Source: Planctomycetaceae bacterium (GTDB taxonomy: Bacteria; Planctomycetota; Planctomycetia; Pirellulales; Thermoguttaceae). Taken from it: DNA of 49,055 nucleotides. The notes beneath the pieces are model-generated. The model was not told the origin of the DNA, searched no databases, and saw only the letters and a program-made list of their open reading frames with translations. Below, piece by piece: positions 1 through 9,358 of this stretch (position 1 is its first letter; each line of letters begins with the position of its first letter). The stretch covers positions 1-49,055 of the forward strand of contig JAITKS010000177.1 of the NCBI GenBank assembly GCA_031278315.1, read 5' to 3'. A program made the translations under genes and the position numbers.

Positions 1-98
1 AATATTTGTTCTCGATATTTCATTGTCCGAAAAGATTGCATTAGCTTTTTGAATCGGATAAAAAAATTGTATCAGAGCAAATGTAGTAAGCAAAAGAT

Positions 99-158
99 GT
101 AAATTCAAACGTAAAATCAGATGTAAAATCAAACGTAAAATCAGACGTAATTTCAGAT
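99..158. repeat. 12-bp tandem repeat x5 (GTAAAATCANNN)
   Basis: GTAAATTCAAAC GTAAAATCAGAT GTAAAATCAAAC GTAAAATCAGAC GTAATTTCAGAT, read directly from the sequence. Confidence 0.7.
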
Positions 159-287
159 GTCCGAATCGTGAAAATTGTGAAATTTTATGTTTAATTTGAT
201 TATTTCCCGCCGGTTTACTTTTTGAATAAAAAGACAATAATTCCTGCGGTAATTTCATTGAAATTAAAAATTGATTTATAAAAAAAT

Positions 288-440
288 TACAGTACGATTA
301 CAGTTGTACTATGAATTTCGGCGGTTACAAAGATAATTTGTTAAAATCTGATTTATTGTATTTAGGAATAACAGCGGAATAAGCAGAATTTTTAAGTATG
401 AATTAGCTGAAAATTTATTTGACAAAACCGAATAATTAAT
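288..440 (-). repeat. Family-B box element copy
   Basis: GTACTATGAATTTCGGCGGTTACAAAG (306-332) on the + strand is the box read in reverse. The far arm AAACCGAATAATT lies at ~424-436. The -10-like part is disrupted. Confidence 0.45.
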
Positions 441-562
441 ATTATCGGTATATTTGTAAAAATTCTTTAGTTATATTTTAAGATAAATTATCACATAGAA
501 TTGCTTACAGGAATATGCAATATATTAAAAAGTCAAAAAAGAAAAAAAGAATAACAAGATAA

Positions 563-1621
563 TTGAAAAAAATTATGGGATTGATTGGTATAACGATTGG
601 CGATGTTGCCGGTATTGGAGCTGAAATCATTGTTCGTGCTTGGTCTGATATTGTTGATGAGTTTGGTAATTGTGCGGTTGTTTTTGGTCACCCTGAGATA
701 TTACGGCGGGCGATCAAATTACTTAAACTCGATTTAGAAGTTGTTACCGTTGATAAAATTTGTAACATTTTTAGTGATATTACGAATGCGGTATTTTATA
801 AAAAACAGATTCCATGTATTAGTTGTTCGGATGATTCTGTTTTACAAGTTTTACCTGCTTCGATTGACAAACGAGCAGGTGAAGCGGCATTCCGTGCGAT
901 TAACTTTGCAATTGAAGCGGCGTTATCGGGTGAAATTGATGCGGTTGTTACGGCACCGATTCACAAGGGGTCGCTTAATCTTGCCGGTTATAATTATCCG
1001 GGTCATACAGAAATTTTTGCTCAACGTTGTGGTGTGAATGACTACGCAATGATGCTGTATCTGCCGGCAGGCAAAGGAATCTATTCGACAGATGGACTTG
1101 CTGTCGTACATGTTACGCTTCATACTGCAATGCGGAATATATTTGAACAGATAACGATTGATTCTGTATTCTCCAAGATTAAACTTGCAGATGAATTTAT
1201 GACAAGGCTGACGAATCGGCGGCCTGTGATTGGTGTTTGTTCGTTGAATCCGCATGCGGGTGAGGGCGGTTTATTTGGTGATGAGGAAAAAACAAAAATT
1301 AGTCCGGCAATAGAATTATCTCGTAGAAATGGAATTAACGTTTGCGATGTTTCGCCGGCAGATACGATTATGATAGACGCAAGAAACGGAAAATATGACG
1401 CTGTTGTTGCTATGTTTCATGATCAAGGTCATATCGCTTTGAAGTTATTAGACATGCATAGAGCTGTAAATGTAACGTTGGGATTACCGATAATCCGAAC
1501 AAGTGTTGCACACGGCACAGCATTTGACAAAGCGTGGCAAGGTCAAGCTGAAACGGGCAGTATGTTAGAGTCGTTTCGCACTGCAAAAAAACTTGTTGAA
1601 AATAAATATAAAAAAAATTAA
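563..1621 (+). CDS. pdxA: PdxA-family 4-hydroxythreonine-4-phosphate dehydrogenase
   Basis: 352-aa ORF with PdxA motifs GITIGDVAGIGAEI, SLNPHAGEGGLFG, FHDQGHIALK, IRTSVAHGTAFD. Start is TTG 563 or ATG 575; no Shine-Dalgarno seen. Confidence 0.88.
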   Translation: MKKIMGLIGITIGDVAGIGAEIIVRAWSDIVDEFGNCAVVFGHPEILRRAIKLLKLDLEVVTVDKICNIFSDITNAVFYKKQIPCISCSDDSVLQVLPASIDKRAGEAAFRAINFAIEAALSGEIDAVVTAPIHKGSLNLAGYNYPGHTEIFAQRCGVNDYAMMLYLPAGKGIYSTDGLAVVHVTLHTAMRNIFEQITIDSVFSKIKLADEFMTRLTNRRPVIGVCSLNPHAGEGGLFGDEEKTKISPAIELSRRNGINVCDVSPADTIMIDARNGKYDAVVAMFHDQGHIALKLLDMHRAVNVTLGLPIIRTSVAHGTAFDKAWQGQAETGSMLESFRTAKKLVENKYKKN

Positions 1622-1647
1622 AAGTGTGATCATGTGATCAGTTTAAA

Positions 1648-4600
1648 ATGCTTTATCTCACGCCAACACAAGAACGATTACGCGATGATATACGAGGGTT
1701 GATCAAAGGTGAAATTCGTTGCGACGAAGTTACTCTTCAACTTTATTCGACCGATGGAGGTTTGCTTCAATGTAAACCGCAAGGTGTTGTTTTTCCGCGT
1801 GATATTGATGATGTCGTTGCTTGCACGAAATATGCAGCTGAACGCGGAATACCTTTACACGCAAGAGGTGCAGGAACAGGAAAATGCGGCGGCGCTATCG
1901 GTGAAGGAATCGTTCTTGATTTCAGCCGATTTATGAGAAAAATCGTATCTCTCGAACATAATTATGTTGTCGTTCAACCCGGAATTGTAAGGTATCGTCT
2001 TAATGAATTATTGACTAAAATTCAGGGCAGAATTTTTGGTCCCGTATCTGGTTTTGAGCCGACTGCAACAATCGGCGGAATACTTGCAAGAAACGGCGCA
2101 GGAGTGAACTGGCTGAAATATGGATTTCCGAGTGAGCATCTTTGCGGATTGAAAATTGTAACAGCAAACGGTAACGTGTTGAATCTTGACTGTAACAAAT
2201 TGCCCGAAGCGATAGATTCCGATCCGATTATGAATAATTCTTTCGAGGCAACAGCAACAAAATTTGAAACAAACGAAAATAATTTAGCACGAGGAATCGC
2301 ATTTGCACGAAGTTTAGTTTTGGGCAAAGAGCATACGTTAGCAGATAAAATTTATAACGTATTAAATTCTTCGTTTGATGAGATTCGTTTGATGAATATG
2401 TTACCTCCGATTAATTCTGCCGGATATGCGTTAAATCATATTTTGAAGGGTGCGTATGGGAATCATATCGATATTGCGCGGTTGATTTGCGGCAGTGAGG
2501 GGACACTAGGATTGATTGTTGAAGCGAAATTAAAGACCGTTCCAATTCCTGTTCGCCGTGCGTGTGCGGTTTTATTTTTTGACTCGTTTGAGAAAGTTGC
2601 ACACACCGTAGATATGATTCAAGATTTTAATCCGATCTTATGTGAGCTGTTTGATCGGCGGCAATTAAATTTAGCTGTCGAATGGAAACCGCTATTCCGT
2701 AATATTTTACCAACAGACAGTGAAGCCGCTTTGTTGATCGAACTTAATACTAATTCTGAAAATAATACTAATTCTGAAAAACCGGATACCTCAATTGATA
2801 ATGATGCTGAAATAAATGAACTGATAAAAAATATGCTCGACAAAATTGTCGTAAAAGAATCGTTGTGCGAAAAAATATTACGAATTGAGACGCCGGAGCA
2901 ATTTGTGTTATTTGATGAATTTCGGCGTCATGGTTCGTTAGTGTTATTTCAGATGCGTCAATCGTATCAGCCGCTTTCGATTTTCGATGATGTTGCAATT
3001 CCTTTGACGGCAATTCATGAATTTATTCCGGCGGTTCTTAATTTGTTAAAGCGTCATGAAATTACGGCATCGTTATCGGGGCATGTCGGGCAGGGACATT
3101 TAAGAATAACGCCGATTCTTGATTTGAAACGTTCCGATTTCGTACAACAATTGCGGACTTTGGCAAATGATATTTACATGCTGATTATAAGTGTCGGCGG
3201 AAGTATTAGTTCTGATTGCGGTGAGGGATATTTGAAATCTGTTTTTTTGCCGCATCAATATCCGTCTTTGATGCCGGTGTTTAGAAAAATTAAGAAAATT
3301 TTCGATCCAAAAAATATTTTTAATCCGGGCAAAATTATTCCAGACAACGAAATTTGGACTCAAAGAATTCGACGCGGAATAAATTTACGAGGCTCGGATC
3401 ATCCTGAAAAATTTGATACTTCAGCGTTTAAAATCGAAGACAACTTGAGCGGTTTATTTTTACTTGATGTACAAAAGCGTCAGGCTGAGTTAGAAAGCAA
3501 ATTGCTCTCTGAAGAACGCAAACAAACGGATTTTAAATCTGATTCGAATAATAACGATGTTTCGGTCAATACGGAAAACGATGATAATGTTAAGACGAAA
3601 GTATCTACAATTAACGTTACGAAAATTAATGACGGCACGGCGAGAAATCAACTTGAGTTACAACTTAAATGGGAACCGGAACGATTTTTTGAACCGACTT
3701 ATCTTTGTAATGGTTGCGGTGATTGTTTGCGGTTAGATCGATTAGTTCGGATGTGTCCGATATTTCGCAGGCATCCGGATGAAGATGCTGCTCCGAGAAG
3801 CAAAGCGAATTTGTTGAGGGGAATACTTGAAGGCGAGTTAGGGCTGCATGTATTTACGTCGGAACGTGTAAATGAAATCGCTGAATTTTGTTTACATTGT
3901 AAAATGTGTGCGGTTGAGTGTCCGGCTTCGGTTGATGTTTCGCAACTGGCGTTTAATTGTAAGGGATTTCATGTTGCAGCGTCGGGGTTATCGTTGGAAG
4001 ACATTTTTTTTTCACGGATAGATGTCGTGTTACGATTAGCGTCGTTTGTGAGTTGTCCAGTAAATTGGGCAATATCGAATCGAGTAATGCGATGGTTAAT
4101 CGAGAAAATTTTGCAGATACCGAGAGGAAGAAATTTACCAACGCTTGCGAAATTATCTTTTCTAACAAGATTGAAATGGGTAAAACGATTAACAAATGTT
4201 GTACCGCGAAATGTATCAGAAAATGAAAAGGATATAAAAATCAGTTTTAAAAATAACAATCAGAATAACAATGAGAATGATATAGATAATGATAATGATA
4301 TAGAATCAAAGTTAAAATTATCTTTATCAAGCGGCAAGGGTGTTAATGAATTTGGTGAAGATAGTTATGATAAAACGATCAGTGATAAAATTAAGAAAAA
4401 CGCAGGAAAAAAGGTTGCGGTTTTTGTTGATACGTATTTGAATTATTTTGACACGAAATTAGTAGAGTTAGCTGTTCGGATATTGGAACACAATGGATTT
4501 GAGGTTCATATTCCGCCGCGGCAATGGTCATCGGGGCTTTCTGCGTTTACGGTCGGGGACAGGGAACATGCGGAACGTTTAGCGAGACACAATGTTTTGT

Positions 4601-5172
4601 TGTTGTCAGATTTGATAAGGCAAAGTTATCAAGTTATTGCGATTGAACCGGCGACAGCTTCGTGTATTACTCGCGAGTATAAATATGTAGCGGATGATAT
4701 AGATGTTGCGTTTGTAGCTTCTAATGTTGTTGATTTTTGTGATTTTTTGTATCGAACTTATAAATCGGATAATTTGAGAATGGATTTTAGGGCAATAAAT
4801 TTAAAAGTTGGTTATCATGCTCCGTGCCGTGCGATTGTAAACACGGTAGGCAGGGTAAATGTACCAACGCCGGCGGAGAAAATCTTAAAATTAATTCCCG
4901 GATTAGATGTACGAAGAATTGAACGAGGGTGTTGCGGAATGGCTGGAATGTTTGGTTTGAAAATTAGAAATTATCATCGAAGTATGCAAATCGGTTTACC
5001 GTTAGTCAAGGAGATGAAAAACATAGATATAGATGTCGGTGCAACTGATTGTATGACTTGTAAACTTCAAATTGAGCAAAGTGTAAACAAAAAGATATTA
5101 CATCCGATAACGTTAATTGCCGCAGCATATCAAATAATTTCAGACAAAGATTATTTAAAAAACCGTTATTAA
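1648..5172 (+). CDS. FAD-linked oxidase fused to 4Fe-4S/CCG-domain module (GlcD-GlcF / D-lactate dehydrogenase-type oxidoreductase)
   Basis: 1174-aa ORF. N-terminal FAD-binding PCMH-type oxidase region, two ferredoxin-type cysteine clusters (CNGCGDC...MCP, CLHCKMCAVECP) and C-terminal cysteine-rich CCG-like blocks (HAPC, GCCGMAG). Interrupted by Asn/Asp-rich inserts. Confidence 0.8.
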   Translation: MLYLTPTQERLRDDIRGLIKGEIRCDEVTLQLYSTDGGLLQCKPQGVVFPRDIDDVVACTKYAAERGIPLHARGAGTGKCGGAIGEGIVLDFSRFMRKIVSLEHNYVVVQPGIVRYRLNELLTKIQGRIFGPVSGFEPTATIGGILARNGAGVNWLKYGFPSEHLCGLKIVTANGNVLNLDCNKLPEAIDSDPIMNNSFEATATKFETNENNLARGIAFARSLVLGKEHTLADKIYNVLNSSFDEIRLMNMLPPINSAGYALNHILKGAYGNHIDIARLICGSEGTLGLIVEAKLKTVPIPVRRACAVLFFDSFEKVAHTVDMIQDFNPILCELFDRRQLNLAVEWKPLFRNILPTDSEAALLIELNTNSENNTNSEKPDTSIDNDAEINELIKNMLDKIVVKESLCEKILRIETPEQFVLFDEFRRHGSLVLFQMRQSYQPLSIFDDVAIPLTAIHEFIPAVLNLLKRHEITASLSGHVGQGHLRITPILDLKRSDFVQQLRTLANDIYMLIISVGGSISSDCGEGYLKSVFLPHQYPSLMPVFRKIKKIFDPKNIFNPGKIIPDNEIWTQRIRRGINLRGSDHPEKFDTSAFKIEDNLSGLFLLDVQKRQAELESKLLSEERKQTDFKSDSNNNDVSVNTENDDNVKTKVSTINVTKINDGTARNQLELQLKWEPERFFEPTYLCNGCGDCLRLDRLVRMCPIFRRHPDEDAAPRSKANLLRGILEGELGLHVFTSERVNEIAEFCLHCKMCAVECPASVDVSQLAFNCKGFHVAASGLSLEDIFFSRIDVVLRLASFVSCPVNWAISNRVMRWLIEKILQIPRGRNLPTLAKLSFLTRLKWVKRLTNVVPRNVSENEKDIKISFKNNNQNNNENDIDNDNDIESKLKLSLSSGKGVNEFGEDSYDKTISDKIKKNAGKKVAVFVDTYLNYFDTKLVELAVRILEHNGFEVHIPPRQWSSGLSAFTVGDREHAERLARHNVLLLSDLIRQSYQVIAIEPATASCITREYKYVADDIDVAFVASNVVDFCDFLYRTYKSDNLRMDFRAINLKVGYHAPCRAIVNTVGRVNVPTPAEKILKLIPGLDVRRIERGCCGMAGMFGLKIRNYHRSMQIGLPLVKEMKNIDIDVGATDCMTCKLQIEQSVNKKILHPITLIAAAYQIISDKDYLKNRY

Positions 5173-5326
5173 AAATTTCGTCATACCTCGTTGAAAAAAA
5201 AATTTTTTCAGAGGTTTCAATTTCATTTTTAGCCAACCTTATTTTTCACATTAAATTTGCTATTGACACGCAACCATGTAAAACGTTATCATCCGCAAAC
5301 AATTTTTTTGTGAATCGTACTAATAA

Positions 5327-5443
5327 AATTTACACATCATACTATAAATTTCGATGATATAATTACTACTCATTAAAGAATATCCATTCCAAATAAATAA
5401 TCAAAATAACTCAAACCAAAATTAAAGTGAGAACAGTTTTAAA
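5327..5443 (-). repeat. Family-B box element copy
   Basis: Reverse strand reads TCGAAA-16 nt-TAAATT (5327-5354). The far module AACTCAAACCAAAATTAAAGTGAGAACAGTTTTAAA ends 25 nt before the lptB ATG. Confidence 0.55.
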
Positions 5444-5468
5444 CAAACATTAAACAAGTCTAATCCAG

Positions 5469-6926
5469 ATGTTAAAACAAACTACAACTAATTCAAATAT
5501 GACTAATATCAATACTGTCAATATTATTCCCCGCCGCACTTTATCTAATAGTGTCAACGTTAGTTCGAATTCTGATCTTGGTAAAGATTCATTACGTCAA
5601 ATTCCGATAGTACTTCGCGCAGACGGATTAGTCAAAATATACGGCAAACGGCGCGTTGTTGACGGAGTCTCTTTTCATGTCAATCGAGGCGAAATAGTTG
5701 GTTTGTTAGGACCAAACGGTGCAGGTAAAACAACTAGCTTCCGAATGGTCTGCGGATTAATTAGCTCAAACGGCGGGATCGTATATTTGGGACCGCACGA
5801 TATAACAAATTGGCCAATGTACCGCCGCAGCCGTGAAGGCGGAATGGGATACTTGCCTCAAGATAAAAGCGTATTCCAAAAATTAAGTGTACAAAATAAT
5901 CTGCTTGCTATAATGGAAATGATCGGCGTGAAAAAACAAGACCGCCTAGAAAGATGTAACGAATTACTCGAAAAATTCAAACTAACACATTTACGCCGAA
6001 ATATGGGCGGCAGCCTGTCAGGAGGTGAAAAAAGACGCCTAGAAATCGCTCGTGCTCTCGTGTCAAATCCAAAAATTATTTTGCTCGATGAACCGTTTGC
6101 CGCCGTCGATCCTATCACCGTAACAAGCATTCAAGCTATTATTAGACAACTCTCAAACGAAGGTATTTCTATTCTAATTACAGACCACTCCGTACAAGAT
6201 ACACTACAAATTACACATCGAAGTTATGTAATTCGAACCGGTCAAGTTCTGTGTCATGGTACGCCGGAAGAAGTTATAAACAATGCCGAAGCTCGAAAAG
6301 TTTATTTCGGCGAAAATGTAAATGTCGGACAAATAAAATCAACAAATGTAAAAATTGATCATTCTACCGACACTAACCCAAAAATAATTTCAGATAAAAA
6401 AATTACTCCCGTACAAAATTTACATGATTCGAAAGATTCTTATAAATCATACGAATCGGAAAAAAATAAAATTAAAAATGAATTATTCGACGACACCGCA
6501 AGTACCGTTCTAATCGAAAATAGAAATATCGAAAATAGAAATTATGACACAAGACCAAAAATTATTCAGAAAGAACCTAATCATAAATCAAACACACATA
6601 GACCGCTAATCGAATCAGCTCATCAAACAGACAAAACTACAAACAAACTCGATCTAACTTCGCAGCGTCATATTGATTCACAAGCTTCTATTATGAACGG
6701 CAACAACAGCAGCAGCAACAACAACAATAATTCAACACGCCCCGCAACTCGCCGATTGATTCCGTCGTCATCGTCTGTAATTATTCCTGCCGCTCAATTC
6801 GAATCAATCGAAGGTTCGCCGGTTCGGTCTTCGGCACAAAATCAAAAAACAAAGTCTGATTCTAATCTATCATCGTCTGGTATTATGCAAGTGTTAGGCA
6901 CAATGTTTTTCGGGAAAAATCGATAA
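5469..6926 (+). CDS. lptB: LPS export ABC transporter ATP-binding protein LptB with long low-complexity C-terminal tail
   Basis: Walker A GPNGAGKTT, signature LSGGEKRRLEIARAL, Walker B ILLDEPFA, H-loop ITDHS. About 45 aa of N-terminal extension and about 200 aa of C-terminal Asn/Ser-rich extension (nt ~6318-6923). Confidence 0.82.
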   Translation: MLKQTTTNSNMTNINTVNIIPRRTLSNSVNVSSNSDLGKDSLRQIPIVLRADGLVKIYGKRRVVDGVSFHVNRGEIVGLLGPNGAGKTTSFRMVCGLISSNGGIVYLGPHDITNWPMYRRSREGGMGYLPQDKSVFQKLSVQNNLLAIMEMIGVKKQDRLERCNELLEKFKLTHLRRNMGGSLSGGEKRRLEIARALVSNPKIILLDEPFAAVDPITVTSIQAIIRQLSNEGISILITDHSVQDTLQITHRSYVIRTGQVLCHGTPEEVINNAEARKVYFGENVNVGQIKSTNVKIDHSTDTNPKIISDKKITPVQNLHDSKDSYKSYESEKNKIKNELFDDTASTVLIENRNIENRNYDTRPKIIQKEPNHKSNTHRPLIESAHQTDKTTNKLDLTSQRHIDSQASIMNGNNSSSNNNNNSTRPATRRLIPSSSSVIIPAAQFESIEGSPVRSSAQNQKTKSDSNLSSSGIMQVLGTMFFGKNR

Positions 6927-7074
6927 AAAATCGTAAACAGAATAATCGTAATATATCAGTGGAATAATTTATTTTTTTTGCGGGACGGGTTATCTTTTTC
7001 GTTACAAAAAAATAATTTTAAAATTAAATATTAACGTTCACAAAATAAAAAATTCTGTGAGCGGTTACAATATT

Positions 7075-7842
7075 TTATTGTTGTTGGTTTGATTCAATTT
7101 CTTTTTTGTTTATAGTTTCATAATCTGGCAGATCGTTTAGATTTTTTAATCCGAATATTTGTTGAAAATATTTTGTTGTTCCGTAGAAAAAAGGACGTCC
7201 TAGTTCTTCAGATCGTCCTACAATTTTGACTAGATTTTTTTCTAGTAGTTGTCTTATTAAATCTCCGCATTGTACGCCGCGTAGTTTTTCGATTTCAGCT
7301 CTGTGAACCGGTTGTTTGTAAGCTATCACCGCCAACGTTTCCATCGCTGGAGAACTTAATCTCACAATAACCGGAGTCTCTTGAACCCGCAAAAGCCACG
7401 CTGCAAACTCTGGACGAGTCCGAAGTTGAACTCCGCCTGCTACCTCAACAATATGAAACGAAAAATGTTGTTTGTCATAACGTTGATTTAAGTCTCGTAA
7501 TATTTGTTTAACTCGATAACCATCGGGTAAATCTGCCAACATGCTTATTCGGCGTAATGTAAGAGGCTCGCGGCTCAAAAATAATACCGCCTCAACTCGC
7601 GATAAAAATTCATTTCGATCTTTGTCCGGCGTATTAACAAAATTGTTTTCAATATCAAAACCGATGCTGGTAATGTCTGACTTTGATGTTAAATCGTTGT
7701 CGATGTCAAAATTATTATTGTGATTATTTTCTTGACCGCATGCAAAATTTTTATGCCAAAGCTGCAACTTATTTGATAAATTTCTAACTGGACAACGTAA
7801 CAAATTATCATGCACACGACAAATATTAAACGGATGATTCAT
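7075..7842 (-). CDS. scpB: Segregation and condensation protein B
   Basis: The C-terminal ~170 aa carry ScpB-like blocks (EAVLFLSREPLTLRRI, ETLAVIAYKQPVHRAEIEKLRGV, GRPFFYGTT). There is an ~85-aa N-terminal extension with no internal Met. Confidence 0.78.
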   Translation of the reverse strand: MNHPFNICRVHDNLLRCPVRNLSNKLQLWHKNFACGQENNHNNNFDIDNDLTSKSDITSIGFDIENNFVNTPDKDRNEFLSRVEAVLFLSREPLTLRRISMLADLPDGYRVKQILRDLNQRYDKQHFSFHIVEVAGGVQLRTRPEFAAWLLRVQETPVIVRLSSPAMETLAVIAYKQPVHRAEIEKLRGVQCGDLIRQLLEKNLVKIVGRSEELGRPFFYGTTKYFQQIFGLKNLNDLPDYETINKKEIESNQQQ

Positions 7843-7865
7843 AATTAAAATAAAAAAAGTATAAA

Positions 7866-7932
7866 AAATTTTTCGTTACAAAAATATCGTTTTATATCGT
7901 TTTACCGAAATTTATAACACGATACGAATATT
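7866..7932 (+). repeat. Family-B box element copy (short)
   Basis: CCGAAATTTATAACACGATACGAATATT (7905-7932), with a degenerate opposite arm AATTTTTCGTTAC at 7866-7880. Confidence 0.4.
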
Positions 7933-7977
7933 TCATAACACAAATAATTAATAAGGCAACATTGAAAATTCTGTTTA

Positions 7978-8086
7978 TTGGTAACTATTCAGTAACATTA
8001 CCATTTCTATTATTTCAGATTTTTTTATTAATCACAGAGAATACAGAGAAGGCGATTGGGGTAATATTCTACTGAATAGTTACCAA
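7978..8086. mobile_element. Divergent inverted-repeat element (109 bp)
   Basis: TTGGTAACTATTCAGTAACATTACC (7978-8002) versus GGTAATATTCTACTGAATAGTTACCAA (8060-8086), about 23/25 complementary. The arm sequence resembles family-A termini (..TATTCAGTA..). Confidence 0.5.
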
Positions 8087-8556
8087 AAACTAAATAACAA
8101 AATAAACGAAAAAAATTTTTTTATATATTTTTTTTCGCTGTTTATACAATCTTTTTTTGCTTATTTTGTTTTTTTGAGTTGTTTCAAATCTTTCAACGTA
8201 AAAAAATTTCAAAATTGCTATTGATTTTATTTTCAAAGATGTTACAATTCTCCCCTTATTATGTTACTTCGTTAATTACTAGACATTTTGCTGTTAATTT
8301 AAATGTTTATGATTTTTATTAGTTGGAAATGTTAAATCTGTAATTTGCAAAAAGCAGTAACATGATACGTAGTAGTAGAAAAGATTGATCTCAAATGGAT
8401 ATTTGTTGTGTATTCTTTTGGTTTGATTTCCTCTGCTTCAATAATTTCGACAGGATGACGTCTCCTCTTTTTGGCGTCTTGGGTATTCTTCTTCTTGCCG
8501 TTGGAAGTAAGAAATCCGACTTTTTTTATATTCTTGACGGCAAAAGGAAGATTGAG

Positions 8557-8883
8557 ATGAAGATTTACGTTGGTAACCTCGCTTACCGTACTACAGATGA
8601 CGAAATCCGTCAAGAGTTTGAGAAATATGGTTCTGTCAATCAGGTCGATATAATAACCGATCGCGAAACAGGCCGCTCTAAAGGATTCGGTTTCGTTGAA
8701 ATGCCGGACGACGAAGAGGCTAATAAAGCTATCGAAGCCCTTGATGGTTTCAGTATTGGCGAAAGAACTCTAAAAGTGAATGAGGCTCTTCCCAAAGCAC
8801 CGCGTTCAGGAGGCTACGGCGGCGGAGGCGGAGGAAGATCTCGCGGACACCGAGATCGCGGAGATCGTGAGAAACGATATTAA
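8557..8883 (+). CDS. RRM-type glycine/arginine-rich RNA-binding protein
   Basis: RNP2 IYVGNL and RNP1 KGFGFVEM motifs with a GGYGGGGGGRSRG tail. AAGGAAG lies 7-8 nt upstream of ATG 8557. The longer ORF form starting at 8395 has no RRM-related sequence. Confidence 0.9.
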   Translation: MKIYVGNLAYRTTDDEIRQEFEKYGSVNQVDIITDRETGRSKGFGFVEMPDDEEANKAIEALDGFSIGERTLKVNEALPKAPRSGGYGGGGGGRSRGHRDRGDREKRY

Positions 8884-9358
8884 TCGTTTATCGAATGTAT
8901 CGCCCGCAAAAAAACAAAAAACTTTTGCACAACTCACATGACGAACTTCAACAACATGAAAACGACAGAAAACAAAATATACTGTCAAATTTCAAATAGA
9001 TAATCCGGCAGCGATAAATCAAAAGTTCAAGTGTAAGTAGTTTAAAACTAGTTTTTTCTAACCACAGAGTTATCAGAATTTAATATTCGAAATTATGGGG
9101 GATAAAAAATAATTTTTTTTGAATAACAAGTTAAACTAATTTAAAAATTGATATACGAAAGATTTTTTACATGACTTCTTATCGTATGTTTTATTTTTTT
9201 GAATTGTTTCTTATCTCAAAAAAATGAAAATTAAGTTTTAAAAGTTTTCAGAAGAGACGGACAACATAACCAGATTTTGTTGACTAAATAGGTCAATAAT
9301 TTAAGGAAACAAATTGTTAATGTTGTTCGTCTTTTTTTTATATATGTATTGTAAAATA

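Noticed and set aside
741-1255. Alternative-frame and antisense ORFs inside pdxA (741-1037 +, 923-1255 -)
   Set aside because: They are fully nested in a CDS with unambiguous PdxA motifs and have no motif content of their own.
5185-5215. Rho-independent terminator after the GlcD/GlcF-type gene (ACCTCGTTGAAAAAA...TTTTTTCAGAGGT)
   Set aside because: Only 5 G/C-containing base pairs and a 2-nt bulge; the rest of the stem is A/T. There is no clear T-run after it, so support is too weak to annotate.
6947-6965. Family-A 19-mer as a DNA-uptake signal sequence rather than a transposon end
   Set aside because: Not fully excluded, but paired sites enclose homologous 98-280-bp interiors, and two long copies are near-identical in inverted orientation. 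That fits mobile elements better than an uptake word. A genome-wide strand and position census is needed to settle it.
8395-8556. Long form of the RRM protein ORF (162 aa)
   Set aside because: The extra 54 residues are Cys/Phe-rich, unrelated to the RRM fold, and lack an SD. ATG 8557 has AAGGAAG upstream and starts exactly at RNP2.
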